DNA of 64,000 nucleotides, taken from Felis catus (taxonomy: Eukaryota). Position 1 is the first letter of the stretch. Each line of letters opens with the position of its first letter. The notes beneath the pieces are model-generated. The model was not told the origin of the DNA. It worked only from the letters and a program-made list of their open reading frames with translations, and made no database searches. This document shows, in pieces, positions 39,098 through 52,723 of this stretch. Location: assembly GCF_018350175.1 (NCBI RefSeq), contig NC_058368.1, positions 53,446,001 to 53,510,000 of the forward strand, given 5' to 3'. The position numbers were made by a program, and so were the translations under genes.

Positions 39098-41369
39098 TGT
39101 TTCTGTTTATTTCTATATCAGTCTTCCTCCTACACTCCATCTTAGTTTGTGGACATCCTAGTCCTTATCTTTACCAATATGTTTCCTAAGTCTTGATTTG
39201 TCTTCCCTCACGTGCTGACTTTTACCCCCCTCACTCTAGTTACTGTATCCCATTGACCTCTTCACTGTTGATATCCTTATTTCCTTCTTTATATAATTTG
39301 GATTTTGTGGTCCTTAACTACAATCATAAAGCATCTTTTTTTCCCCTACTCAATTGTGTATATTAGTATAGCCAGTCTAGTGACTCTGAATGAACTCAGT
39401 GTAGGTTAAAAACACAGAGAAATAACATTACAAGACCTCCAAATTATGTTTGCCAACTAACTTTTTAATATTTTTTGGCGTTTTAACACATCCCACACTA
39501 GAAGTTTAGAATGATAGTCAAGGATTCCACCTGCCCCTTCTCCCCTTACTGTCTCAGTAGGAGAGCCAGTGATACATATGGATGCTACTTCTTGTTCTGG
39601 TAAAGGAGTGACTATCTCAGTAGTGGACAGTCAACAAGATGCATGTGCGCTATTTTACAGTCCAGTAAAAGATGGAAGTTATTTCATTTCATCATGGCTG
39701 CAAGCCGGGCTAGAGTTTGTTGCCCTTTTTTCTTGCTTTAGACGTTAGAGATGAGTACCATTTCAGAGTCCTAGATTCATCCCATTTTTTTTCCGGAAAA
39801 GACACCCAAACTTATGTTTACACAGAAAGCTAGAATGAGGTGAGGGATAAAGGGAGAGAAAGGAGTTTTTGTGCACAGCGTTCTCCTGCCATCAGGCCAG
39901 AGCCCAGCAAGTAGTGTATTTGATAGGTGAGTGTTTTCTCCTGGATGGGTTTCTTTTATCAGTACAGCACTTTCCATGCCTGCTCCCACTCTTGTACTCC
40001 AACACACAGAGTTAAATGTCAACATAAATAGCTTTGGGCACATAAGTAAAAACAGCAAGCCTCAAATTTATTATTTATGCCTTTTCCCTCTGAGGGGGAA
40101 AGCAAGTCTTTGTTAAGACCGTGGCATAAATACAGCTCAGTCAATAAGGGTTTTTTGATGCTTGGAGGAGAGAATCATAGAGAAGGAGCATAGGTCTGTA
40201 TAGAGTGTGGAGTTTCTATCAAAATCAACTCTAGGTTGCCTGGCACATATGTGGTTGTCCACGCATTGTATACATGCATGCACTCTCCGTGAACCAGAAG
40301 GACTCTTTTTCTCAGGGAGTGTCTCTCTAGAGACCTTGGAAATGGCAGAGGTCCTTAAAAGGATGTTAAGCAAGTTTGGGACCTCTATTGCCCTAACTTG
40401 CACACAGTAGGGTAGAACTCTCCAAAGAGAGAAGCAAGCCTTGTGTGAGGAAAAGCCTCTCTGTGAGGAAAAGCTTTTAGAACATGGCTTATTCACCAGG
40501 TAGTCTTATCTTACAGCCTAATAGTGAGCAGTGTTTGTTTTTTTGTACCTTATTTTAAAGTTTGTCAGTAACTTGTCTTTTGACACAAAAACTAACACTT
40601 TATAAATTGTGAGCAACTCCAGGACGAGGACCTTGTGGTTACATTTCTAGCACCTCGCTATTATCTGGCACATACTTGGTGTTTAATAAATTACAGTTTA
40701 TTAAGTTGAATACTTTTTAAAAATTAGCAATGAAGAGAAAGAAATTAGGAAGAAGAAAATACCACACTTGTTCTCTTACAGCTTTTCATTTTAAAATATA
40801 TTGGTGTCTTTTACCAGTTTTGGGATTTATAAAGCTGTGTTTAATGTTGTTGAAATTATCACAGAGTTTCTTTTATTTTTTAAGCATTTTATATAAATGT
40901 TTCTCTGTTATTTAAATGGTTGAGTGAAATTCCATGGAATCAATTATGCTACTGTAATTTAGTGGTCATTCCTCTCTGGTAAAGTTATCAGATTATTTTG
41001 AAATGTGTGTTGATGTGTGTATGTTTTACATTGTTAATGTCGTAAAAGATATCTTTGCATATATGTTTTCTTTTTACAAATGATGTGTGATAAAAATATC
41101 TGGACTGATATTTAGAAAAAATATGAAATGTTTATATTCTTGCTATCATACTGACTGGTTTGGAGGGGCTTACCCTGGGTTTTAATGCTTATTTCTTGAA
41201 TTAACTTGAAATTATACAAAATCTTATTGTGTATTTAGTCATTGCCAATCACTGAATTTTCTACAATATATGATTGCAGAGTACTTGAGGGATCTTTTGG
41301 CCCAAATAATGAGCAATATAGTTCTGAAAGTCTTTTTCTTTTGGCAGTGTATGTAGTGAGACTGCCATG

Positions 41370-41657
41370 AATATATTAGCATTTCCTTGACCAGTCTCCT
41401 GAGCCTCAGTTCCCACTAAGAAACGCAAAGGGGACCAAGTAATGTTTCCACACACAGTGTGGAACCTTGAGTTTAGTGAACCCAATGTATTTTTAATGGT
41501 CACTAAACATGCCCACATCTCTGCCCTAGGGAGTGACACGCTCTCTCTTCCAAAGCCGTCTGCAATATAAACATCCTTGAAAAGATAGTACAGAAGAAGG
41601 GCAGCCATTGCCTCCAGCTGGAAGACAATCAGAAACATCAAGAATTGTCTCCTGACA
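41370..41657 (-). mobile_element. ERVL-type LTR fragment (LTR40-like)
   Basis: Minus strand TGTCAGGAGACAATTCT...ACTATCTTTTCAAGGATGTTT matches the recalled LTR40 5' portion. Confidence 0.65.
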
Positions 41658-41828
41658 AGAGTCCACTGTTGGTGGGCGTTTAGATTGTATCTGATCTTTT
41701 GCTCTTATTAACATTGCTGCAACAAATTATCTTTAATACATGATTTCTTGTAAGTGAGAATATAAGAAGTAAATTTGTACAGAGTATTTCAAGAACTGGA
41801 ATGCTGGGTCAAAGGGTGTGTGGGTAAA

Positions 41829-43620
41829 TTTTTTTTTTCTTTTTTAAGAGTTTTTATTTCAGTTCCAGTTAACATACAGTGTGATATTAGTTTCAGGTGT
41901 ACAGTTTAGTGATTCAACACTTACATATGACACCCAGTGCTCATCACAACAAGTGCGGTCCTTGATCCCTATCGCCTTTTTGACCCAACCCCCGCCCCTC
42001 TGGTAACCATCAGTTCTCTATAGTTAAGTCTGTTTCTTGGTTTCTCTCTTTCTCCCTATGATCCTTTGTTTTGTTTCTTAAATTTCACATATGTGAAATC
42101 ATGTGGTATTTGTTTTTGACTGACTGCACTTAGCAAAATACTGTCTTTAGCTCCACATCACATCCACATCATTGCAAATGGCAAGGTTTCATTCTTTTTT
42201 ATGGCCAAGTAATATTTCATTGTATGTATGTACCATGTCTTCTTTATCCATTCATCAATCAGCAGACACTTGGGCTGTTTTCATAATATGGCTATTGTAG
42301 ATAATGCTACACTGAGGTGCGTGTCTCCCTTTGAAGTAGTATATTTGTATTCTTTGGGGAAATACCTAGCAGGGCAGTTGCTGGATCATAGAGTTATTTC
42401 TGTTTTAACTTTTTGAGGAACCTTCCTCCATTCTGTTTTCCGGAGTAGCTGCACCAGTTTACATTCCACCAACACTGCAGGAGAGTTGTTTTCTCCACAT
42501 CCTCACCAACACCTGTTGTTTCTTGTGTTTTTGATTTTAGCCATTCTGACAGGTGTGAGGTGGTATCTCATTGTAGTTTTCATTTGCATTTCCCTGATGA
42601 TGAAGTATGGTGAGTATTTTCTTGTGTCTGTTGGCCATCTAGATGTCTTCTTTGGAAAAAAATCTATTCATGCCTTCTGCCCACCTTTTAATTGGATTAT
42701 TCATTTTTTGGGTGTTGAGTTTTATAAGTTCTTCATACATTTTGGATACTAATCCTTTTTTAGATATGTCATTTGCAAATATCTTCTCCATTCCATAGTT
42801 TGCCTTTTAGTTTTGTTTCCTTCACTGTGCAGAAGCTGTTTGTTTATTTATTTACTTATTTATTTTTGAGAGAGAGAGAGACAGAGCGCAAGTAGGGGAG
42901 AGGGGGAGAGAGAGGGAGACACAGAATCCGAAGCAGGCTTCAGGCTCCAAGCTGTCAGCACAGAGCTGGATGTGGGGCTTGAACTTATGAGCCACGAGAT
43001 CATGACCCGAGCCAAAGTGGGATGCTAAACTGACTGAGCCACCTAGCCGCCCCTATTTACTTACTTAAAAAAATTTTTTTTAATGTTTATTTTTGAGAGA
43101 GAGAGAGACAGAATATGAGTGGGGGAGGGGCAGAGAGAGGGAGACACAGAATTCGAAATAGGCTCCAGGCTCTGAGCTGTCCGCACAGAGCCTTACCTGG
43201 GGCTCGAACTCAGAACTGTGAGATCATGACCTGAGCCGACATCAGATGCTTAACCGACTGAGCCACCCAGGTGCCCCAGTAGCTTTTTATTTTGATCAAG
43301 TCCCAGTAGTTTATTTTCTCTTTTGTTTCCCTTGCCTCCGGAGAGATGTATCTAGTAAGAAGTTGCTACGGCTAATGTCAAAGAGGTTACTGCCTGGATT
43401 TTCCTCTAGGATTTTAATGATTTTGGGTCTCATATTTAGGTCTTTCATCCATTTTGAATTATTGTTGTGTATGGTATAGGAAAGTGGTCCAGTTTCATTC
43501 TTCTGCATGCTGCTGTCCAGTTTTCCCAACAGCATTTGTTAAAGAGACTGTCTTTTTGCCACTGGATATTCTTTCCTGTTTTGTTGAAGATTAATTGACC
43601 ATATAGTTGTAGGTTACATT
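41829..43620 (-). mobile_element. Carnivore L1 3' fragment with two nested Can-SINEs (about 42840-43052 and 43067-43277)
   Basis: ORF-track peptide [27 protein letters not shown] is degenerate L1 ORF2; 3' UTR motifs at the left. Confidence 0.92.
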
Positions 43621-43997
43621 TTTATTTTTGGTAAATATTGCCAAGTTGCCAGCCATAGAGGTCATATAATTTAGACTCCACCAATGATCATGAAAATTCC
43701 TCTTTCCCATTGGATGCAAATGCACAGTGTCAGTCACATCTTTCTTGATATCATTTTCATTAATCCAGTATTTAGTTTTTATCTTTTTTGTTTAACCCTT
43801 TTTAAGGGTGCCCATGAAAAATGAATTCTTGCTAATGTTTTTGATTACTTTGTGCCAGATATTGTATTCTCTGTATCATTTTGTCTATACAACAAATGGA
43901 GGACATTTGATTTTATTTAATTTTTTATCTTTATACTTAAGATAATAAAGTTGTAATTAGTTTTTAGTGTGCTAGTCTAATGTTACATGTTTTACAG

Positions 43998-44091
43998 ATT
44001 CAGGAGGAAGAGTGTCAACCAAGAGATGACTTTAGTGATGCAGACCAGCTCCGAGTGGGTAATGATGGAATTTTTATGCTGGCGTTTTTCA
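43998..44091 (+). CDS. NDFIP2: NDFIP2 exon 4 (94 nt)
   Basis: Acceptor ttttacAG, then IQEEECQPRDDFSDADQLRVGNDGIFMLAFF, donor TCA|GTAAGT. Confidence 0.97.
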
Positions 44092-46029
44092 GTAAGTGAT
44101 TTTTCATTTCCACATTGTTTCTTTGGGTATACTGGCTACATGTGTATTTAAAGTAACATAGATAGTGAAGAAAGGCAAATATTGTTAAAGTGTGTCTAAT
44201 TAGTGTAAAATATAAATTGTTTCTGATACGTGATCATGTGAGACCATAAAAATCCTAGAATTTATTAAACACAACTGTGTATTGCAATCATTATGCTAGA
44301 TACTGACTGTATAGAGTTATATAAGCATATTTAAGCTAAATATGTTTTTGCATGAAAAATGTTACATGTCCGTGCAGTGATGTCGGACCAGGCAGAATGA
44401 AACTATTAACTTCTGCTTTTGGGGCAAAGGACTTCCATTTGAGCGTCTTTATAAATAGGCACGAAAGAAGGGTTGGAAAAGGAAATATTTTGGGCAACTG
44501 GAATAATGTGATTTGAGACACAAAAGAAATCAAGTATGTCTTCTTTGGGGGAATGGTAAGTGATTAGAAGACCAGAAACCTAAGTAAGATTTTTTTTTTT
44601 AACATGTTGCAGAATTCTTAGTTTAATATCTGAACTTATAAAGTATGCTTTATGCTTTGAGGGAAGACTGTGTTATAGTCTTATTATTTAAATTCCTAAT
44701 ACAGGGATTGGCATATAGTATACTCAGTACATAATATTATGACACTTGAATTGTTTAATTGCTAAAATTAAGTTTTAGAAACCCAAGATTCATGTAAGTA
44801 AATTTCTTAGACTAGGATATGGTGAATTTTTGCCCTCAACCTGGTTAAATGACCAAGCTTTCACAGAATGCATATTTCATTCATTTTAAGTATAATGTTT
44901 ATTTTGATAATAAAACTGAGGGATATTTTACTTATTTAAAGTATCACATTCAAATTTAAAAATAGAAAATTCTTCTTGAGTTACTTTTGAGTCTGGGAAA
45001 TCACTAATCCTCCATTTTGAAATGGTTTCTTGCTTGCTTGCTTTCATTTCACCTGCTGAAGAATAGAAGTAGATAACCACTCAGAAATGGTAGGTTAGTG
45101 GGAAGATGGTTACGTTTTCTCTTCAAATTTAGTACCTTATGTTCTGCTTCGCAGCCAGCTAATGTATATGCAATATTTAAATCTTGTGGTTTTAGTTAAA
45201 GTTTGTAATTAGATACAATGTTGGGTATAGTAGAAAGGAACACTTTGGCTACAGATAACTACTGTCTTGTGCTGTCAGTCTAGTAAACTGGCTTTTTTCT
45301 TAGTTTTAGTTTAACTAGTAAGCCTTTATTATCAAGTCTTCCACATATTTTGCTAAGAGCGTAAATATTAATTCCTCTAATGGTTATAGCTTTTAAAAAT
45401 CTTAATTGGAAAAGAGAATTTAAATTAATTGGGCTATTTTTAGTATAAAGACCTGTTTCTTAGGAATAAAAATGTGATTTAATACCATCTAGTTATTTGA
45501 CTCAGAGCTTAGTGATTATTTCTCTATTTCTCGATTTCACTTAACCTTGCTATCTTTTTAACCTTTATTTTTTTTTAGATTTGAAAACATTTTTCTTGAT
45601 TAAACAGTGTTGTGTTTGGTAACCTAGACACGTGGTTGACCTTATTTGGCCTGTGGTGGTATATAATTTAATATAAATATATTTAATATATTTAGTGTAA
45701 ATCACCTACTTTTACTGCGTTTTTACTAATGCCTCTACACCTTATTTTTTTATGCATCCCATTCTATAAGTACTGCACCAATATTATAAGAGTAAAAATA
45801 TATATTATTTTCAGACTTCATTTCCTAATATATTTTTTTTGTGGTAGACTGTAGGCCAGTGTTTGAGTTTATTTGCTTTGATGAGCATAGATTTATTTGT
45901 AATCACTACCATCTAGTGGCTGTTCTTCAAATTGCAATTTGGTATATTTTTCATGCTTCCACTATCTAATAGTAGCTATTGTCTAGATTCTGTTCTATTT
46001 TCTATTTCTATGGTTCAGAAATAGATTTT

Positions 46030-46674
46030 TTTTAATTTTTAAAAATTTTTCATTTTAATTTCAGTACAGTTAACATACATAGTGTTATAATAGTTTCAAG
46101 TGTACAATATAGTGATTCAGCAGTTCTGTACATTTTCAGTATTCATCATAAGTATCTTCTTTAATCCCCATCACTTATTTCACCCATTCCCCTCCCCCAC
46201 CGCCTCCTGTCTGGTAACCGTCAGCTTGTTCTCTATAGTTAAGAGTCTGTTTCTTGGTTTGTTTCTTTCTTTTTTTTTTTTTTTTGTTTGCTTGCCTTTG
46301 TTTCCTAAATTCCACATGAGCGTAATCATATGATATTTGTCTTTCTCTGACTTATTTCACCTAGCATTATACTCTCTAGCTTCATCCTTGTTGTTGTAAA
46401 TGGCAATATTTCTTTTTTCTTTTTTTTTTTTTTAGTTTTTTTTTACGTTTATTCAGTTTTGAGAAACAGAGAGAGTGCAAGCAGGGGAGGGGCAGAGAGT
46501 GAAGAAGACACAGAATCCGAAGCAGGCTTCAGGCTCTGAGCTGTTGTCACAGAGCCCAATGCAGGGCTCAAACCCATAAACTGTGAGATCATGACCTGAG
46601 GCGAAGTCGAACATTCAACTGACTGAGCCACCCAGGTGCCCCGAGATTTCATTTTTTTAATGGCTGAATAATAT

Positions 46675-46725
<51 letters not shown>

Positions 46726-47020
46726 CACATCACATCTTCTTCATTCATCTATCGGTAGACACTTGGGCTGTTTTCATAATTTGGCTATTGTAAATAATGC
46801 TGAAATAAACATAGGGTAGCATATATCCTTTTGAATTAGTGTTTGTATATTCTTTGGGTACATACTCAGTAGTGTGATTACTGGATCATAGGATACTTCA
46901 GTTCTAACTTTCTGAGGGACTTCCATAGAGTTTTCTACAGTGGCTGCACCAGTTTGCATTCCTACCAGCAGTGTGTGATGGTTCCTTTTTTTCCACATCC
47001 TCACCAATACTTATTGGTTG
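46030..47020 (-). mobile_element. Carnivore L1 3' fragment with nested Can-SINE (about 46411-46642) and (TG)n 46680-46722
   Basis: TSD TCAGAAATAGATTTT at 46015-46029 and 47021-47035. Confidence 0.93.
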
Positions 47021-47512
47021 TCAGAAATAGATTTTCTTTAATATGGTTTATAGCTTAAGCATTTCAGGTAATAAAAGTTGTGTGAATACAAACTATGGTG
47101 AATATCAGTAAGAATATTTCAGTTAAAACTCTTTGGTGGCTTAATTCTTGCCTATTCTGTTTCAACATCCATTTTTCAGTCTCTTACCATATGTAATCCT
47201 GAAAAAAGTTTACACATAAATTTGTAAAATAATTGCATGTTTATGTTCAGAAAATGTAGAGAAAGAAATGTATGTATCCCTTGATAATTTTTGCTTTTCA
47301 TAATCCCTTGAAGTGTCACAGCAAAATGTCTCATACATGCCTAACTTGCTTGTTTAACAGACTTCTTAAGACAATGGAATGAAAGTCAGCTGTTAGTTAA
47401 AAGCTAGAAATTAAGATTGAATTCATTGGATAATTGATAGTCTGGAAATGACCTTGAACTCTAGTGCTTAAAAATGGAATGGACTCTGTTTAGAAAACTT
47501 TACTTCTAGGGT

Positions 47513-47780
47513 TTATTCCTACCTTTTATACTTACTGTAGTGATCTCTGTGGTGTGAACATTTTGTAACTTTACTAAATGAGAGCCCGTTACTACATGGA
47601 AAGAGCTTTGAAAACAAAAAATCGAGTTTGGGTCTTACTTATATCAGTGTTCTAACTTTAAATTGTAAATAATTTTGAGCATTAGTTTCTTCATAATGAG
47701 CTGGTAACAGCTGCCTTTCATGATTTTTGTGAGGCTTAGAAGTGATATGATTAAAGCATTCGCCCAGTTGCTACACAGAT
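47513..47780 (+). repeat. Direct duplication, copy 1 (partly MIR-derived)
   Basis: Aligns by eye with 52467-52723. Confidence 0.85.
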
Positions 47781-48889
47781 ACCATAGATACGATGTGTCC
47801 TTCTCAGTGCATCGTATCAGGAGGCAGTGATCCAGTTATGTCTTTTTACTGGTGATGTCAGTTCTCATCAGGTTAAGGTGGTGTCTGCTAGCTTTCTTCA
47901 CTATTTTTTCCTTTTGTAATTAATAAGTGTCTTGTGGCTTTTGAAAATTTAAAAGTAAAGTCTTATTAATGGATAACTGTAGTGTACAATATTGCTTTCT
48001 AGGCTGTTCTGCTACCCTCTTTCTGTAGATGGGAGGTATATGTAAGAAAGAGATCACTGCATAGAAGACATGAAAGGCTTGGATGTGCCTATCCTACCTA
48101 TACCTCTTACTTACTTTGTGAGTTTATGTGGCACTTTGCTGTTCTAGGTCTCAATTTGTCCTTCTGTAGAATGGAATTAATTCTGACTTTGCCCTTCTTA
48201 AAAGGCTAATGAGAAGATCAAATAAGTTAAAATATGTGAAATGTCATAAATTATAGAGTGCTGTTGGGTGAAGGTAGTTTGTAGTAATGTTCTCCTTCCA
48301 CATCCTTAATTGAGAATTCACCTTTTACATGATTTAAACTGATTGGCAGCCTTCTTTCAAATGTCATTAACCTGTCTGACTCACTTTCATACAAAGAAGG
48401 GCATTGTGAACGTGACTGTGGAGAGTGTAATTGGAGCAACACTTTGCATTCTTTACCAACTTCTCTTAATTGCCCTGCTTTGTAGCTGCTTGCTCCCCCC
48501 AGTTTTATTTTTTCTAAGGAATATAGGTTTTGGAAGTCTGTTCCGTCTTTGGATTCCATGTTGGGCCTTGACTGTGTGGGGACTAGGTGCCCTATGTCTT
48601 TTAAGCTTTGTCCTAAGTTTCCAGGGAAACGTGGCACAAATGAAGTAAAGCTGAAAGAAAAGTGTTCCTGTCTTTTTCCCTAGGCATATTACATTCACCT
48701 GACTCTACTACATGTTTCTTTTATGGATTTTACACACTTAAGGTTTAGCATACATTTATTTTCTTTTTTGCCAATTCAGACATGTCATAGAGGATTCAGA
48801 ATTTAATGCTTCTGCCCTTTCTGTGTTTTAAGACCTGTTTAGCTCTACTTGCTATCTTATAGGCCAAGGCCATAAAAGGTGAATCTGTT

Positions 48890-49098
48890 GGGGCCCCTGG
48901 GTGGCCCAGTTGGTTAAGTATCCCACTTCAGCTCAGGTCATGATCTTGTGGTTCGTGAGTTCAAGCCCTGCGTCGGGCTTTCTACTGTCAGCACGGAGCC
49001 CTCTATAGATCCTCTGTCTTTGCCTCTCTCTGCCCCTACCCTGCTTATGCTCTCTCTGTCTCAAAAATAAAATAAACATTCAAAATTTTTTTTTAAAA
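48890..49098 (+). mobile_element. Can-SINE
   Basis: Flanked by GTGAATCTGT on both sides. Confidence 0.92.
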
Positions 49099-49178
49099 AG
49101 TGAATCTGTCTACACTCAAGTAGTCACCAACTTTGTTTTTTTCCTAGTGCTTAAATCAATTACAGATGGATAAAGTCA

Positions 49179-49536
49179 TGTATTAGTCTCTTAGAGCTAA
49201 TACCACCATATGGGTGGCTTAAACAGTGGAAGTTTATTTTCTCACAGTTCTGGAGGCTAGAAGTCCAAGATCAAAGTGCTGGAAAATTTGGTTTCTGATG
49301 AGGGGTCCTCTTCTTGGCTGTGGACGGCTGTCTTGCTGTGTCTCACATGGTCTCTTTTCTACATGTGGGTGGAGAGAGAGCTCCCTTAGTGCTCTTCCTC
49401 TTCCTATAAGGTCACCAATCCTAGTGGATTAGGGCTCTACCTTTATATCCTTAATTATCTCCATAAAGGCCCTATCTCTAAATTCAGTCACACTGGGGAG
49501 TTAGGGTTTTAAGGAGACACAGTTCAGTCCATAATA
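49179..49536 (-). mobile_element. MLT1A/B-like MaLR solo LTR
   Basis: TGTATTAGT...GGGTGGCTTAAAC...CTCACAGTTCTGGAGGCTAGAAGTCCAAGATCAA...CAGTTCAGTCCATAA. Confidence 0.8.
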
Positions 49537-50096
49537 CGTTATATTGCACGAGCATAGCTTGTAGGAATCCCTGCTGCTGGCAGAGTGCAGAAAGAGAAAA
49601 CATGATGACTCAATAGGTACTTTTTTGTTTTTTGGATCTTATTTCTGGTGTGGGTACAGTGGTATGTGTACTAGATACCAGTAGATCTGATTTTGAAGAA
49701 AACAATGTTGAATTTTCCCCTGAACTAAACATGCTCAGAGGTGAAAATGCACTTTTGGAATATTTCGCTGTTTTGTATTTTCCCCATCAGTGCTTCCTGT
49801 GTTTTAACCATGTGACATGCTTGTAAAATGATAGACTGAGGCATCACTGGGATAAAGTAATAAGTTGCTCATGGCTGCTGGCAGTCTGTCCTCTACCCCA
49901 GACCTCACCCACCCGCTGAGGAGGAGGAGAGTAACTGTCTCAGCCAGTCACAGCACACGTATGGCACATAGGTTGGGAATCTTTACTGCTATTTATTAAT
50001 GTAAATTCTTTATTTTAAATAGACAGGAAGATATTACATAAAGCTGTTGCATGGTTTCTCCACAGATAACACAAATATTAACCCATTGGATGTAGA

Positions 50097-50285
50097 ACAG
50101 CTATGTCTAATAGTATATTCTATGATGCTGGAAATATTCTGTATCTCTGCTGTCCAATATGGTAGCTACAAGCCAGATGTGACCATTGCGCACTTGACAT
50201 GTGGCTAGTGTGACTGAGGGACTAAATTTTAAATTTCCTGTCATTTTAATTAATTGAAGTGTAAATATCCCACTTTGTAGAGCAG
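50097..50285. mobile_element. MER3-like hAT-Charlie MITE
   Basis: GGAAATATTCTGTATCT...GCTGTCCAATATGGTAGC...ATGTGGCTAGTGTGACTGAGG. Confidence 0.7.
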
Positions 50286-51419
50286 GGTAGGTTCCTGGAG
50301 CAAGTGGAAGAAGCATTGTGGCTGGTGGGCACTGGATAACAGATGCAGAGGACAGCGAAGTACTGATCAGTATCTGGGTTTACAAAAAAGAAAATGTGGA
50401 GTGTAAACAAGTTTTATTTCCAGTAGTGTCACCTGAATTTTTTTTTTTTTTTTTTGAAAAGATACAACCTATTCTGTAAAGAGATCATCTTGTATGGGTA
50501 GTAATAATGGCTAACATTTCCTTAGGGATCACCATGTGCCAGATTCTATACCATGTTAAACTCTTTAAATTGATTATCTCACTTAATCCCCTTATCAGCC
50601 TTGTGAAGTAGTACTACAGATCAGAGAACTGTGGCTCACCAGAGTCAGCAGTGAGTCCAAGGTCATTTATCTAGTGAGTGAGTACACTTTGACTCAAACA
50701 CAGGTCTCTTATTTCAAAATTCATTCTCCTGACTGTTGCACCATATAACATAGCTTACCATAAATGATCAGGAAAGCATTTGGAGAAAGAAGAAATTATA
50801 GAAGACATTGGGAAGGAAGAAATTACAGGAGTAGGGAAATTGCTTTGAAGAAATAGCTATTTCATTTAAATTTATCCTAAAATGTTTCCTGTCTGTCTTC
50901 AGAATTCTGAAAAAGTCAGCATTTCTCTAGGTAATTTACTTTGTTTACCCTGAGAGTTGGGTGGAGATATTTGGGGTAAGAGGATGGGCAGTGAATAGGA
51001 CAAGGTTCTGTTCAAATTGATCTTCGGTTTTACTGTTGTTACTGTTATTATTTGATAATGTTACTCTCTTGGACACAGGGCACTCTGATTATATCTCAAG
51101 GACCTGTGTCAATGGTTTCTGCTACAAGTAATAGAAAACCCTCATTCAACTATTTTAAATAGTTAGGAGATTATCTCACAAAACAGAAAATCCATGAACA
51201 AGCAGATCCCAGCGGTAGCAAGTATCAGTGCTATAGTTCTGCTCCTCCTGGATTTCCTTCATTCTCTAGCCCGTTTGGAGTTACAGTTTAATCCTCAGGC
51301 TGATAGCAAGATCCCTGCAGTGGTTCCAGGTATCACATCCAAACTAGACATCTGGGGGAAAGCAGTATTAAAAAAAAAACAAAAAAACAAAAAAAAACAA
51401 AAACACAGTATGTATATAT

Positions 51420-51423
<4 letters not shown>

Positions 51424-51456
<33 letters not shown>
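51424..51456. repeat. (CA)n microsatellite
   Basis: Directly visible. Confidence 0.95.
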
Positions 51457-51459
<3 letters not shown>

Positions 51460-52228
51460 GAAATTCATAAACTAGGCAAGAATGTAATAAACTTCTATGT
51501 ATTTATCACTCAGATTCAACAGTGATTAATTTAGAGCCACTGTTATTTAACCTATATTCCATTCTCCATCTCCTTGATGTGTTTTTAAGAACTGAAGAAT
51601 GGTTTTCAGAAATCCTATTTCAAAAAAAAAAATTGGCAGGGAGTTTTGGCCTCCTGTGATTTTTTCCCCCCCCAGACTACTCAGGATTCACCTTTTGGAG
51701 TTAAGTATGGAGTCCAGACTTCCCTAAACTAAAGACTTTGTAGGTAGGTGGATTCTTCAGGAGAGGGAAAAACAGGTTTTGTTAAGTAGGAGGAAGAGGC
51801 AATGAACAGTATCTTCTCTGGAAATATTTTATAATTTATGTGATTCATCTTTAATATTGCTTTTTAAAAAATCCAGTTTGGTTGGCTGATTGCTTAGGGT
51901 GGGATCACAAGGGAGCTACCCTGTGACTTGGTTTATTAGCTGGTTTAAAAATGCAGTTTAACCTAGTGGGGACACATTTTAAGGAATTGATTCCTCTTGG
52001 CCAAACTGACAAGAAACCAAGTGTACCTGTTTGTTAATGTATAGTTAATAACTAATACATTTGCAAAAGGTAAACTACAGTCTATAAAGAAGACTTAATT
52101 GGTACAGAGTCAAAAGAAACGGGAGTGTTATTTCCATTGTGCAGTAAAGTAGTGTTAATATTATGTCTTTGTTAATTTGTTTCCAAAGTGTGATCTTTAA
52201 AAGAACTTTTTACTTCTCTTGCTTTTAG

Positions 52229-52353
52229 TGGCATTTATTTTCAACTGGCTTGGGTTTTGTTTATCCTTCTGTATCACCAATACCATAGCTGGAAGATATG
52301 GTGCCATATGTGGATTTGGACTTTCATTGATCAAATGGATCCTTATCGTTAGG
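52229..52353 (+). CDS. NDFIP2: NDFIP2 exon 5 (125 nt; hydrophobic membrane segments)
   Basis: Acceptor ttgcttttAG, then (M)AFIFNWLGFCLSFCITNTIAGRYGAICGFGLSLIKWILIVR, donor AGG|GTGAGT. Overlaps ORF-track entry 52219..52446. Confidence 0.97.
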
Positions 52354-52466
52354 GTGAGTGTTTTGATAGTGTCTATTACTCTTATCTCTAAAATTAAAAT
52401 GTATGAAAATCTGTCTGTGGTTCATGAATGTTCATTTTATGTCTAGGAGTTCAATTATTTTGAGAC

Positions 52467-52723
52467 TTATTCTTACCTCTTATTATTGTAGTGATCTCTG
52501 TGAGATGAACATTTTAAATGAGAGCTTGTTTACTACGTGGAAAGAGCTTTGAAAACAGAAAAAATTGAGTTTGAGTCTTATTTATATCAGTGTTCTAACC
52601 TTAAATTTTTAATTTTTCTGAGCATTAGTTTCTTCATAATGGGTTGGTAATAGCTGCCTTTCAAGATTTTTGTGAGTCTTAGAGGTGATAGAATTAAAGT
52701 ATTCACCTAGTTGCTGCACAAAT
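52467..52723 (+). repeat. Direct duplication, copy 2 (partly MIR-derived)
   Basis: Aligns by eye with 47513-47780. Confidence 0.85.

Noticed and set aside
48251..48698. 128-aa minus-strand ORF with overlapping ORFs (similarly 40137..40496)
   Set aside because: No recognisable homology, processed-pseudogene hallmarks or splice support; a protein search would be needed to rescue it.
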